A stretch of 64,000 bases of DNA, from the NCBI GenBank assembly GCA_015228935.1, contig JADGCO010000001.1, positions 84,103 through 148,102 of the forward strand. The letters are read 5' to 3'. The notes beneath the pieces were generated by a model. The model saw only the letters and a program-made list of their open reading frames with translations, searched no databases and was not told where the DNA came from. The translations under genes and the position numbers were made by a program. Below, piece after piece: positions 1-9,962 of this stretch. The DNA is from Magnetococcales bacterium. Lineage in GTDB: Bacteria; Pseudomonadota; Magnetococcia; Magnetococcales; DC0425bin3. Numbering within the stretch: position 1 is the first letter of the stretch; the number at the start of each line of letters is the position of its first letter.

Positions 1-393
1 CAACTCCTGTGGGTTGATTTTCTTCATGCTCTTCAACAATTTTATTGTCGAACGTCATGATCTGCCTCCGATCTCAGTCAAACCCGAATTACCGCGAAGG
101 GTAATCAGAAATCTGACCCATGTCAAGCAATCAAGCAACTGCGAATCACCTGTGATGCCAGTTTGGCAACCAGTCGTTTTTGCGATTAGCAGTTGGCAGG
201 AAAACACAAGCCAACATTGAAACTCAAAAATATATGGAAAATGCCGGGATAAACTGGAAGAGAACATCATGCATGCCATACCCAGCCCGCCAAAAAACCA
301 TCCACACCCGAATCCTGAATCATATCAGGAAACGGGTGTGAAAAAGTCAGGTCAGGAGTTTCAGCAGCTCCTGGAAATCGACGACCAGTGATT

Positions 394-1581
394 TTAGAAA
401 TCGACCACCAGCTCGGTCTTGCCGACACTGACGGATCTGTCGGTACCGCCGTCAGCCAAACCGTAATCTTTGTCCCGATAAAACTGGAGTTTAAGGTTGG
501 TATGGTCATAGATACCAACCGCCACACCAGCCAGATAACGTCTTTCAGGCAGGGCCAGGGCCACGGATTCCCGACTGCCCTGGAATGCGGCCGAGAGGGT
601 CGTTTCCTTGTTCATCAGATTGAGGGTATACCCCAATTCGGTATTCCAGGCACTGGGTTTGGCACCTCTGCCGTTGAAGGGCAACTCGATCAATTGGAAC
701 CCGCCTGTGGCGGAAGCAAATTCGCCAATCAGGGTGAAATTATTCCAGCCGATGGTGGCATGGGCAGCCAAGCCGGAGATACGATCCTGGACACCCGGCA
801 TCACGGTTGCGACATTGGAAATGGTATTGGCATCCTCGAAACTGTTGGTCAGACCGCCACCCACATCCAGCTTGAGAGTCTTGTTATCCACTTTGTAGCC
901 CAGATTGATACCACCCTGTCCTGCCGTATCATTTTGGCCTGTGCGGTTGACATCGCCATTGAAGACCCATCCGGAACCATAGACACCGTTGCTTTCAAAG
1001 CCAACCTGGGCAACGGTCTCCTTGGACCGGGCCAGGGTCAAGGTAAGTGGGTCTTCAATCAAGTTGGTCGTATAGGTGGTCAAGGGAGTCACCAGACGAC
1101 CAACAGTCAGGTATACAGGCAATTTTTCAGGATTTCCAAGAGTGATGCTGGCCTCTTCCAGACGCAGGGGATTCCGGTCGGCGGGTATGCCATCCACCGG
1201 GGCCTCCTCGTAGATGATCTTGACGTGGCCCGTACTCCAATCACTGATGGTCGCATCAGCAACCAGATTGGCCTCCGTGACCGTGATGTCACTGTATTTT
1301 GCCCCGGCGAAGGTTTTACCGGCGGTTGCATCCACCTTGACCAGTCCGCCTATCTTGACCCTTTCTGACCAATTCTTGTCCCCTTTTCCCGACTCCTGAG
1401 ATGCAGCAGCCGGTGCCTCTTTTTGTCCCTGGCCGATCTGGGTTTTCAGGGCATCCAGCTCGCGCTGTTGTTTTTGAATGATCTGCCACATTTCCTCGCG
1501 GGTCGGCAAGTCGGCGGCAAATGCCACGGTCGAGGCCCCCATGGCCAGAGGCAAAGCCATGGCCAGTGTTCTCATCTTCAT
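394..1581 (-). CDS. putative outer-membrane porin with signal peptide and N-terminal coiled-coil segment
   Basis: ORF 394..1629(-) trimmed to MKMRTLAMALPLAMGASTVAFA (signal peptide) preceded by a GGGAGGG RBS. Coiled-coil-like REEMWQIIQKQQRELDALKTQ is followed by alternating beta-strand-like sequence ending in an aromatic C-terminus (..LVVDF). Confidence 0.55.
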   Translation of the reverse strand: MKMRTLAMALPLAMGASTVAFAADLPTREEMWQIIQKQQRELDALKTQIGQGQKEAPAAASQESGKGDKNWSERVKIGGLVKVDATAGKTFAGAKYSDITVTEANLVADATISDWSTGHVKIIYEEAPVDGIPADRNPLRLEEASITLGNPEKLPVYLTVGRLVTPLTTYTTNLIEDPLTLTLARSKETVAQVGFESNGVYGSGWVFNGDVNRTGQNDTAGQGGINLGYKVDNKTLKLDVGGGLTNSFEDANTISNVATVMPGVQDRISGLAAHATIGWNNFTLIGEFASATGGFQLIELPFNGRGAKPSAWNTELGYTLNLMNKETTLSAAFQGSRESVALALPERRYLAGVAVGIYDHTNLKLQFYRDKDYGLADGGTDRSVSVGKTELVVDF

Positions 1582-2040
1582 TCTGTTTTCCCTCCCATTT
1601 GGACACGATATGTCGGCTTTCTGACACATACCTTGCTGTCACTTCACTGCAAAGTTGGTCATCAAACCGGGTTCTTGCCTGCTGCGCTGGCAACCCCCCT
1701 TCCCTGGGAGACTCAAAGCCCGTTCCCTGGCATCTTCCGATCAGGAGTACGTTTCATCCTGATCAGAGTTCCACGGGTCAATATGCAACATGAAGGCCAT
1801 AATGAATCAATCTTGCCATAAATTTACCTTTTCCATATTTCATCTGAGAGGCTGTCCATCAACCCTCGGATAAAATAATTGGAAAGAAAGATTTTATTGG
1901 GGCTTAAGCCCCAAACCCCGCCAAGAGGAAGGGCACACCCCTTCCTCCTGGAACTTTTTCCCAGTTTTTCATTCATTTTTTTTGAAATTAACAAGTTATT
2001 AGACAGCCTCTGAAACATGGAGATGATGAAAACAAGGCAC

Positions 2041-2078
2041 AAAAACAAAAAAAACTCCCACCAGAACAAAGTGGGAGT
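2041..2078 (-). terminator. rho-independent terminator downstream of the 2178..2966 OMP gene
   Basis: On the minus strand: stem ACTCCCAC/GTGGGAGT (2054-2061 / 2071-2078), 9-nt loop, then a long T-run (A-run 2041-2053 on the plus strand). Confidence 0.6.
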
Positions 2079-2177
2079 TTTCCAGGAACCCAGCAGACCG
2101 TAGACACCATCCGAATTTTTTTATCGCCCGAGAATTCGGCCATCCTTGCTGATACGAACGTCCAACCACTTGGAGTT

Positions 2178-2966
2178 TTAGAAATCCTTGCTGATACTCA
2201 AAACCAGACGATCCTGTGCCAGGCGGGGAATCGCATATCTTTTTCCATCATGATCTGTTCCGTACCAATTGATGCCAAAGTTCAACCCGGCCAACTCCTT
2301 GGCAACACCGAGACGATAGTCGCCGTATCCATCAGCAACACCCGGCATATCAAAATAGCTGCCAAACGAGTAACCATAGTGGGCCGAGCCTTTGATGCTT
2401 GCAGGAAATTCATAATCCACCTGGCCTTCAATGTAAGATGCTGACTGACTGCGGTTCAAATTACCGGCTGCATCGGTTGCCCCGGAAAAATCGGGAGAAT
2501 AAGAATATTTGGCACTCAGGGTGGATCCCATGAACTTGTAACCAAACCCCAGGTAAATCTCCTGAAAATCGCTCCCAACCCGAGCTGCCGATCCCGGATA
2601 TCCGTAATGGATGGCACCCAGATCCATACTCAGGTTATTTGGAAATTCCTTTGCAAACCCTGCAGAAAGATCCGCTTCCATGTGTGGCAATCCGCCATCC
2701 ACAGCCGTTCCACCACCATCAAAATCAACATTACTGCCCCAAACCCCCGCATAAAAACCCAAGGCATGAGACACTTTGAATCCACCCTGGATGGCAGGAT
2801 CCCCATCGGTTTGTGACAACCCCCTCCAGACATAATCACTTGCCAGGGATACATTGGCATTTATCGTCACATCCCCGATTTTGGTTTCGGCATTGACAGA
2901 TGTGGCCGTCACCGTCACCAGTAAAGATGCCGCCAAATTCAGTAGGATCTTCGCTGAATTTTGCAT
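2178..2966 (-). CDS. TIGR02001-type (Gcw_chp-like) outer-membrane beta-barrel protein
   Basis: ORF trimmed to MQNSAKILLNLAASLLVTVTATSVNA signal peptide with an AAGGAA RBS. SLASDYVWRGLSQTDGDPAIQGGF..GFYAGVWGSNVDF resembles this family. Aromatic C-terminus. Confidence 0.6.
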   Translation of the reverse strand: MQNSAKILLNLAASLLVTVTATSVNAETKIGDVTINANVSLASDYVWRGLSQTDGDPAIQGGFKVSHALGFYAGVWGSNVDFDGGGTAVDGGLPHMEADLSAGFAKEFPNNLSMDLGAIHYGYPGSAARVGSDFQEIYLGFGYKFMGSTLSAKYSYSPDFSGATDAAGNLNRSQSASYIEGQVDYEFPASIKGSAHYGYSFGSYFDMPGVADGYGDYRLGVAKELAGLNFGINWYGTDHDGKRYAIPRLAQDRLVLSISKDF

Positions 2967-3271
2967 GATTCCGTTCCTTTCCAGAATGGTCATGAATGTC
3001 CCTTGAGTCGCCAACCATTGGCAGTAACAACCACCCTGGTACAGAGCAACATCTACACCATTCAGCCGGAACAGAATTAAAAAACTCACATCAAGCCATG
3101 CAACTCTTTATGATGGTTGACTTTTATTTCGCAAGAGGCATCTCTGAACTTTTTTGACAAACAAACAATTTGATCAATCATGCCGTAAAATTAAGCAACA
3201 GTGCTGCTTCTCCAGGCATCCGGAAACAGTCGATGCTGCTCAATTGGACACGAACAGGTGGCAACGCTCTC

Positions 3272-5272
3272 TTACAGCCTGAAAAAGCTTATGCTTTTTT
3301 GCAAAAGGCTCGCCTGGTTGGCAAGTTCTTCAGCCGTGGCTGACATTTCTTCAGAGGAGCCGGCATTTTGCTGAATCACCTGGTCGAGTTGCTGAATGGC
3401 CTGATTGATCTGGTCTGTACCCTGATTTTGTTCCTGGCTGGACGTGGAAATTTCCTGAATCAGTTCCGCCGTTTTTTTGATATCCGGCACCAACTGTTCC
3501 AGTTGCGCACCTGCGCGAGTGGCAACATCCACGCTGCTGCTGGCCAAGGTGGTAATTTCCCCGGCGGCAGATTGGCTGCGTTCGGCCAGTTTGCGAACCT
3601 CGGCAGCCACCACGGCAAACCCCTTGCCATGTTCGCCGGCCCGCGCCGCCTCAATGGCAGCATTCAAGGCCAATAGATTGGTTTGGCGGGCAATTTCCTC
3701 AACAATGGAAATTTTTCCGGCAATTTCGCGCATGCGTTGCACGGCATCCTGGACTGCCATACCGGTTTGGGAGGCTTGCTCCGCAGCCTGCCGGGAAATC
3801 CCCTGAGTTGTTTGGGCATTTTCTGAATTTTGATGAATATTGGAAACCAACTGTTCCATGGCAGCAGAGGTTTCCTCAATCGAAGCGGCCTGCGTCACGG
3901 ACCTTTCCGACAAATCCCTGGCCGTATCCGACAATTCGGAGCTTCCTGCCGTCACGGCCTCTGAGGCACTCTTGATCTCTCTCACAATAGCGGCCTGTCT
4001 GGTGGCCATGTTTTGCATCGCCAGCATCATCTGGCCAAGCTCATCCCGGGACTGAACCTGACAACAAATGCGCAAATCTCCCTCGGCCAGAGTATTGGCA
4101 ATTTGCGAGGCTGTCTGGACGCTGCCGTTGATCACACGGGTGATGAATATGCTTAACGCAATGGCCAACGCCACTCCCACAAACAGACCCACGAGCATCT
4201 GGGTGTTGGCCCTGTTGGCCACGGCCTCGGAAGTTTTGGCAATTTTTTGATTTTCATCTGTGATATTGGTCTTGATGCCGGTAACCAGATGCATCATTTC
4301 CGTGGCTATCTTGTCCGTGTCCTGGTCGTTTTGCTCGCGCAAGGCAAGGGTATGAATCAATCTGTTGATGCTGGTCAGAAATTTATCCATGCTCTTCTGA
4401 AACACATCGTTGTGAAGCCGGTCCAAATCCTCAACAGCCGTGCGCAACGGGGCACCACTGACCTGGGCAATTTTTCCTTCGCTGGTATCGGACCCTTTCA
4501 GCAGGGCATTGATCCAGCCATCAAACTCTTCAAGCGTGGCTTTATATTCCTTGAGAATCTCTTCCTGTTTATTCTTGTCCCGGGTACCAGCAAAAGCATG
4601 CACATACAGGCCACTTTTGGTGATGGTGGTCTTGATCTCCATGGCCATGTCCGCCCAGGTATTCTGGGTGGAAAGGATCACCTGGGCTGATGTTCCGGCT
4701 GCAATCTGGCGTTCAATTTCTTCCTTGACCTTCCCCTCAAACTCTTCACTCTTTTTAATGATCTGTTCAAATGCCGAATCCGCGACGGTCACGGCCCGCT
4801 GCATCTCTGCCTGAATTTGAAAAAGATTCCCACTCAAATCGTAGGTTTTTTTCATGGCTGGCTGAAACTGATCATTGTGATAACTGTCTGCCTTGGTCAC
4901 GATGTCGCGTATGGCAGGATTTTTGGTCGCAACGAAGGATTGCTCTCCAATCTTGTTGCCTTCCAGAATGGCCTTGATGAAAGCATCGAACGTTGCAACA
5001 AACTCCTGATGTTTCAGCCAAATTTTTTGCAGATCTTCGGGATTGTCGGCCACCAGCAGTTCGGTTGCTGTTTGTTGATCTCTGGCCACAGCCAGGTTCA
5101 GTTCCATGGCCGCTTCCATGATCGGATTTGCTTGCAGAATTGCGGCATTCGATCCAGCCATGGATGCAATATTGCCCATGGCAAGCAGGCCGACAATCAC
5201 CAGAACCGATGTCACCAAAATAAATGCCATCGCCAGTTTGATGCCTATTTTCCAATCACGAAAGCCGGACAT
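3272..5272 (-). CDS. methyl-accepting chemotaxis protein
   Basis: Start [17 protein letters not shown] with an AAGGAGA RBS. Two TM segments flank a periplasmic helical domain, followed by a HAMP region. Highly conserved MCP signalling hairpin ..[40 protein letters not shown]. Confidence 0.9.
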   Translation of the reverse strand: MSGFRDWKIGIKLAMAFILVTSVLVIVGLLAMGNIASMAGSNAAILQANPIMEAAMELNLAVARDQQTATELLVADNPEDLQKIWLKHQEFVATFDAFIKAILEGNKIGEQSFVATKNPAIRDIVTKADSYHNDQFQPAMKKTYDLSGNLFQIQAEMQRAVTVADSAFEQIIKKSEEFEGKVKEEIERQIAAGTSAQVILSTQNTWADMAMEIKTTITKSGLYVHAFAGTRDKNKQEEILKEYKATLEEFDGWINALLKGSDTSEGKIAQVSGAPLRTAVEDLDRLHNDVFQKSMDKFLTSINRLIHTLALREQNDQDTDKIATEMMHLVTGIKTNITDENQKIAKTSEAVANRANTQMLVGLFVGVALAIALSIFITRVINGSVQTASQIANTLAEGDLRICCQVQSRDELGQMMLAMQNMATRQAAIVREIKSASEAVTAGSSELSDTARDLSERSVTQAASIEETSAAMEQLVSNIHQNSENAQTTQGISRQAAEQASQTGMAVQDAVQRMREIAGKISIVEEIARQTNLLALNAAIEAARAGEHGKGFAVVAAEVRKLAERSQSAAGEITTLASSSVDVATRAGAQLEQLVPDIKKTAELIQEISTSSQEQNQGTDQINQAIQQLDQVIQQNAGSSEEMSATAEELANQASLLQKSISFFRL

Positions 5273-5377
5273 GCTTGTTTTTTCTCCTTGGTGGGTCAGA
5301 CATTTTTTAATTTCAAGTAAATTAATTTCCAATCCAGACACAGATACGTATCCAGTATGGGGTTTTACACAAAGATG

Positions 5378-6379
5378 TCAATATGAATTTCCTGGTTGGA
5401 CAACTTGGCAAGAAAGTATTTTTTCCAAACGTTCCCAAGCAGATTCATTACCAGGCAACCCGAAACGCAAACTGGGAGGATGATCAAAAGCCCTGACCAG
5501 GATGGCATTTTTGGCCAAATGGTCCTGAAGGTGCCGCGCATGGGGCGTCACGACCCACTGAAACAGATCGGTGCTGCCGGATGGAGGCAGATTGTGTCTC
5601 GCCAACAGACTGGCCAGACGCCGGGAGCAGGCGGCCAAATGCAGACGGGCAGATTTTTGCCAGGCGTGATCCTGCAAGGCCAGCGTCGCCACAAACCGGC
5701 TTGGACCGGGGATGGACCACGGCCCAAGTAATCCGACTGCCTGGACAAGGAGTTCGGGCGGAGCCAACAGGAAACCACACCGAGCCCCGGCCAAACCAAA
5801 GAATTTGCCCAATGACCGCAAAATGATCAACCCGGGAACCCCGGCCCGCAAGGAGAGCGTCTGTTCCGGGGTGGTGTCCATGAAGGCCTCATCCACCACA
5901 AGCCAACGTTCGTTCCGGGCCAGATGCTTGGCCCAGGAGAGCAACATTTCTGGTGTACGGCGAAACCCGGTGGGATTGTTGGGGTTGACCACCACCAGGA
6001 GATCAACGTGATCCGGTGGCAAAGACAACGTATCATGAGGCAGGAAAATCACCTCCCGCCCGGCACCGCTCCAGGCCTGGGCATACTCGGCATAGGTAGG
6101 AGCCAGAATGCCGATTTTCCGTGCAGGAAACAAGCGCGGTAAAATCTGAATGATGGCCTGCGATCCAGCCGTGGGCAGCAGGTGGGGCGTTTGAAAATAG
6201 GCCTGTGCAGCCTCCTCCAGACCATCGGCATTTTCCGGCAGGCGGTTCCAGAAACGGATAGGGATGGAGGGAACCGGCCATGGCTCGGGATTGATGCCGG
6301 TGGAAAGATCCAACCAATTGTCCGGGGGAATGCCATAGGCGTGTGCCATCCGGCGCAGTTGACCACCATGTTCAAGCAA
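5378..6379 (-). CDS. cobD: threonine-phosphate decarboxylase (class I/II aminotransferase fold), cobalamin biosynthesis
   Basis: N-terminus MLEHGGQLRRMAHAYGIPPDNWLDLSTGINP.. is typical of CobD/CobC decarboxylases. It overlaps cbiB by 8 nt, consistent with an operon. Confidence 0.8.
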   Translation of the reverse strand: MLEHGGQLRRMAHAYGIPPDNWLDLSTGINPEPWPVPSIPIRFWNRLPENADGLEEAAQAYFQTPHLLPTAGSQAIIQILPRLFPARKIGILAPTYAEYAQAWSGAGREVIFLPHDTLSLPPDHVDLLVVVNPNNPTGFRRTPEMLLSWAKHLARNERWLVVDEAFMDTTPEQTLSLRAGVPGLIILRSLGKFFGLAGARCGFLLAPPELLVQAVGLLGPWSIPGPSRFVATLALQDHAWQKSARLHLAACSRRLASLLARHNLPPSGSTDLFQWVVTPHARHLQDHLAKNAILVRAFDHPPSLRFGLPGNESAWERLEKILSCQVVQPGNSY

Positions 6380-7307
6380 AATGTAACACCCCCCACACCA
6401 AAGCCGCCAAAACGCCCCACCCCCAAGCCCCTCGTTCGACCAGTATCAAGGCACGCAGAATATCCTCCATTTGCGGCTGGCTTCCCAAACCGAGTTGGGG
6501 ACGCACCTGAATTTGGCCATGGTAAGGTGCCGCACCTCCAAGGCGCAATCCCAGGGCACCGGCTCCGCTGGCCATGACCGTCCCGGCGTTGGGACTTTTC
6601 CATGCCGGACGATTGCGCCAGGCCTGCAAGGCCGGGCGTGTCTGGCCAACCACTCCATAGGTGATGGCGGTCAAATACGCTGGAATCCCGTTCATCACAT
6701 CATCCAGGCGGGCCGCAGCCCAGCCAAACTGGAGAAAACGGTCGGTACGATAACCCCACATGGCATCCAGGGTATTGACCAGACGATAGGCCAAGGCCCC
6801 CGCCGGGCCGGCCAGCAAAAACCAGAACAGGGCACCGAATACCGCATCACAGCCGTTTTCCAGCATGGATTCCACACCGGCCAGGGCCACACCCTGGGGA
6901 TCCAGGTTGGCCGTATCACGGCTGACCAAAAGTCGAACCCGCCCCCGTGCCCCCGGCAAGCCATCCCTCTGCCAGGCAGCCCACACGGCTCGACCATGTT
7001 CTCCCAGACTGCGCAACCCCAGCGTAAAATAGAGTGTGCCCACAGCGACCAGGGTACCAAAAAGGGTATCCAGAGGTAACGATGAGAGCCCAGCCACCGG
7101 CGGCATGACCAGCACACCAACCGCCACCACGCCATGCCAACGCCCGGAATCTGGTCGATTGAGTCGGGCTTCAAGCCAATGGGCCAAAAGACCAAACCCC
7201 ACCAGGGGATGGTGACACCGCAGCTCCCCCAACCAGCGATCCAGCACCAGCGCTGGAAGAAGAAGGAGTGCGGCAGAATATGTTGACTGAAGATCCATGG
7301 CGTGCAA
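6372..7307 (-). CDS. cbiB: adenosylcobinamide-phosphate synthase CbiB (CobD family membrane protein)
   Basis: Polytopic membrane protein with CbiB-like HPLVGFG..., RDTANLDPQG and NGCDAVFGALFWF segments. The start could be M1 or M4. Confidence 0.85.
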   Translation of the reverse strand: MHAMDLQSTYSAALLLLPALVLDRWLGELRCHHPLVGFGLLAHWLEARLNRPDSGRWHGVVAVGVLVMPPVAGLSSLPLDTLFGTLVAVGTLYFTLGLRSLGEHGRAVWAAWQRDGLPGARGRVRLLVSRDTANLDPQGVALAGVESMLENGCDAVFGALFWFLLAGPAGALAYRLVNTLDAMWGYRTDRFLQFGWAAARLDDVMNGIPAYLTAITYGVVGQTRPALQAWRNRPAWKSPNAGTVMASGAGALGLRLGGAAPYHGQIQVRPQLGLGSQPQMEDILRALILVERGAWGWGVLAALVWGVLHFA

Positions 7308-7572
7308 GCAAGATCGTGTTTTTCCACGATCACGTCAAGTCTGTACGCACAGGAAAACCATGATTCGCTGTCGTTGGGTATCCCACGTTCCAGTCAACCT
7401 GGCGTCAGGATCCATGTGCGCTTTTTTGCAGCAGATGGCAACATACCTCGAATCTGGTATGGATCCTTGCAGACTGACAGGATCGCCTTCAAACTTCTCT
7501 TCCAGGAGGTGTGGATGTTTTCTTGAAACCCCTACGGATCAGAGAGTTCAGAAAGGATGAAGAGTTCAGGAA

Positions 7573-8580
7573 ATGATCACACAGGAAAGCAACAATCAAC
7601 TCGAAAAAGATGAATTCGACACTCCTTGGAAGGAAATTCTCAGATTATATTTCAAGGACTTTCTGAATTTTTTTCTGCCCCAGGCACACAGCGGCATCGA
7701 CTGGGAACGTGGATATGAATTTCTGGACAAGGAGTTGGCCCGTATCACCCGTGAGGCAGAGACCGGTGATCGGCGCATGGATGAATTAGTCAAGGTATGG
7801 CAACGTGATGGTGTTGAACGGTGGGTGCTGATCCACATCGAGGTGCAGGGAAACAGAAAGCCGGATTTTACATCGCGAATGTATACCTATCAATACCGCT
7901 CCCACGATCTCTACCAGGTACCAGTGGTCAGTTTGGCAATTTTAGCTGATGAAGATCGCGGTTGGCGGCCATCGGAGTATGATCATGAATTATGGGGAAC
8001 GCAGATTTACTTCAAATTCACATCCGTGAAATTATTGGACTATTCTGAATCTGATCTGGAAAAGTCAAAAAACCCGTTTGCCATTGTCACACTGGCGCAC
8101 TTGTACGCCAAAAAGACCAAGGGTCAAACGGAAAATCGCTATCAAATCAAGATGCGCATGATTCGTAATTTGTACCAAAGTGGTTTCAACCGTCAGCAGA
8201 TCATTGATCTTTTTCGTTTTATCGACTGGGTATTTCACCTTCCAGAAGAAGACGACAGGCGATTATGGAAAGAAATATCTGACTTTGAGGAGATCCAGAA
8301 AATGCCTTACATATCAAGTGTGGAACGGTTTGGAATAGAAAAAGGAATAGAAAAAGGAATAGAAAAAGGAATAGAAAAAGGAATAGAAAAAGGAATAGAA
8401 AAAGGAATCCAGAAAGGGAAAGCAGAAATGCTGACACACCTGTTGCAGCACCGCTTCGGTACTGTACCTGACTGGGCCTGTGAAAGAGTTGCCAAGGCGG
8501 ACCCTCCTTCCCTGGAAAAATGGAGTTTCCGCATACTGGATGCCAAGTCACTGGATGGAGTATTCTCAGACAATGCGTGA
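7573..8580 (+). CDS. Rpn/YhgA-like PD-(D/E)XK nuclease-like protein with C-terminal DUF4351-like tail
   Basis: N-terminus ..DTPWKEILRLYFKDFLNFFLP..IDWERGYEFLDKEL..WVLIHIEVQG, and C-terminal ..LLQHRFGTVPDWACERV..., are typical of this family. Visibly lower GC than its neighbours. Confidence 0.75.
   Translation: MITQESNNQLEKDEFDTPWKEILRLYFKDFLNFFLPQAHSGIDWERGYEFLDKELARITREAETGDRRMDELVKVWQRDGVERWVLIHIEVQGNRKPDFTSRMYTYQYRSHDLYQVPVVSLAILADEDRGWRPSEYDHELWGTQIYFKFTSVKLLDYSESDLEKSKNPFAIVTLAHLYAKKTKGQTENRYQIKMRMIRNLYQSGFNRQQIIDLFRFIDWVFHLPEEDDRRLWKEISDFEEIQKMPYISSVERFGIEKGIEKGIEKGIEKGIEKGIEKGIQKGKAEMLTHLLQHRFGTVPDWACERVAKADPPSLEKWSFRILDAKSLDGVFSDNA
8333..8416. repeat. perfect 12-bp tandem repeat GGAATAGAAAAA x6 plus one degenerate unit, inside the Rpn-like CDS (encodes GIEK x6)
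   Basis: Direct reading of 8333-8404 (six identical units) and 8405-8416 (GGAATCCAGAAA). Confidence 0.95.
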
Positions 8581-8585
8581 TTCCA

Positions 8586-9962
8586 GTGTCTATTCCTGAA
8601 CCGCCCGGATTTATTGTGGCCGCTGTTCGCTCGCAAAGCGGCAAGACAACAGTCACCATGGCCCTGATGGCAGCCTTTCGGCGTCTTGGCAAGGCCGTGG
8701 CCCCATTCAAGGCAGGACCGGATTACATCGATCCGGCTTGGCATCGTACCGTTTGCGGAACCCCATCCTGGAACCTGGACACATTCATGATGGGACGCCA
8801 GACCTGTCGCTCCCTGTTTCATGAACAACGCCACAATCGGCTCGGTATTGTCGAAGGCGTCATGGGATTGTTCGACGGCAAAAGTGGCGTCGGCGGACCC
8901 GGCTCCACGGCTGATCTGGCCGCTGTTCTGGAATTGCCGGTGATTCTGGTCGTGGAAGCCCGTGGCATGGCCGGCTCACTGGCACCACTGGTGGCCGGGT
9001 TCGGTGCTGCGGCGCACGGTTTCCACTTGGCCGGTGTCATCGCCAATGGCGTCGGCAGTGAACACCATGCCCGGCTTTTGGCCGAAATTTTGGAAAATGC
9101 CGCTTTGCCTCCCCTTCTGGGATGGTTGCCACGGGATCCTGAAATTGCCCTGGCAGAACGTCATCTGGGCCTGATCCTGCCCGCCGATCAACCCCTGGCA
9201 GACCCCAATCATCCAGATCGTCTGGCCTCTGCCCTGCGTTTCGACCCTGAGCGTCTTCTGGATGCCGTGGCTCGGGTAACCCCGGTTATGGCTCACAATA
9301 AAACTGATGAGGCAAACGAGATAAACAAATTCCCCGCCCAACCCCTCCTGGCCAATCAGGTGGTGGCCGTGGCCCGGGACCAGGCCTTTTGTTTCCTCTA
9401 CGAAGCCAATCTGGCCTGGTTGACAGCCATGGGGGCCAAAACGCTCTTTTTTTCTCCCCTGGCTGGTGATTCGCTCCCGGCCACCACGACCGCCGTCTGG
9501 TTACCCGGTGGTTATCCCGAATTGCATGGGGCTGCCCTCGCCGATTCGGCAACCTGGCCCGATCTGCGACGCTTCGTGGCCCAGGGCGGCCCGGTCCTGG
9601 CCGAATGCGGAGGCATGATGGCCATGGGACGTTCCCTGAGTGACCCAGACGGCAGAATCTGGCCCATGGCCCAGATTCTGCCCATCGATACCCGCATGAC
9701 AGGACGCCTTGCCGGCCTGGGTTATCGCCAAGACAAAACAGGAGTGCGTGGTCACGAGTTTCACCACTCCGTGCTACAGGATGCCACTCAACTGGATCCG
9801 GCCTTTATCGTGGACAAGGGAGATGGCGGTGTGCGTTGGTTGAACGTGCGTGCCTCCTACATACACTGGTATTTTCCCTCGGCACCCATGGCCGTCGCCG
9901 CCTGGTTCAACCGGGTGCCGTCGGTTTGCTTCGCGCAGGAACGGTCCTTGAACAATGCTTGA
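8586..9962 (+). CDS. cbiA: cobyrinate a,c-diamide synthase
   Basis: ..GFIVAAVRSQSGKTTVTMALMAAFRRLGKAVAPFKAGPDYIDPAWH.. (P-loop-like CbiA N-domain) plus a C-terminal glutamine amidotransferase-like domain (AECGGMM). The track start 8520 overlaps the upstream gene. GTG at 8577 or 8586 is the more likely start. Confidence 0.85.
   Translation: MSIPEPPGFIVAAVRSQSGKTTVTMALMAAFRRLGKAVAPFKAGPDYIDPAWHRTVCGTPSWNLDTFMMGRQTCRSLFHEQRHNRLGIVEGVMGLFDGKSGVGGPGSTADLAAVLELPVILVVEARGMAGSLAPLVAGFGAAAHGFHLAGVIANGVGSEHHARLLAEILENAALPPLLGWLPRDPEIALAERHLGLILPADQPLADPNHPDRLASALRFDPERLLDAVARVTPVMAHNKTDEANEINKFPAQPLLANQVVAVARDQAFCFLYEANLAWLTAMGAKTLFFSPLAGDSLPATTTAVWLPGGYPELHGAALADSATWPDLRRFVAQGGPVLAECGGMMAMGRSLSDPDGRIWPMAQILPIDTRMTGRLAGLGYRQDKTGVRGHEFHHSVLQDATQLDPAFIVDKGDGGVRWLNVRASYIHWYFPSAPMAVAAWFNRVPSVCFAQERSLNNA

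Noticed and set aside
355-385. Possible terminator after the porin gene (CAGGAG..CTCCTG)
   Set aside because: The stem is short, and on the minus strand the T-run is separated from it by about 6 nt. Too weak to call.
388-1368. 326-aa plus-strand ORF
   Set aside because: It is fully antisense to the porin gene, which has a signal peptide, an RBS and beta-barrel features. The ORF product has no recognisable features.
7308-7572. Possible cobalamin riboswitch upstream of cbiB-cobD (minus strand), and a long imperfect hairpin (GTCAGGATCCAT...ATGGATCC..CTGAC)
   Set aside because: I could not find the B12-box or the GCCACTG/GGGAA core elements by eye on either strand. A covariance-model scan (Rfam RF00174) would be needed. 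Not called.
8333-8416. CRISPR-like regularity of the repeats here and at 43376-43524
   Set aside because: The units are 12 bp without spacers (a coding microsatellite) and a two-copy 77-bp tandem. There are no spacers, no cas genes and no array structure.
8520-8585. ATG-initiated 5' extension of the cbiA ORF
   Set aside because: It overlaps the 3' end of the Rpn-like gene. CbiA homology starts at ..GFIVAAVRSQSGKTT. In-frame GTG codons at 8577 and 8586 fit better.
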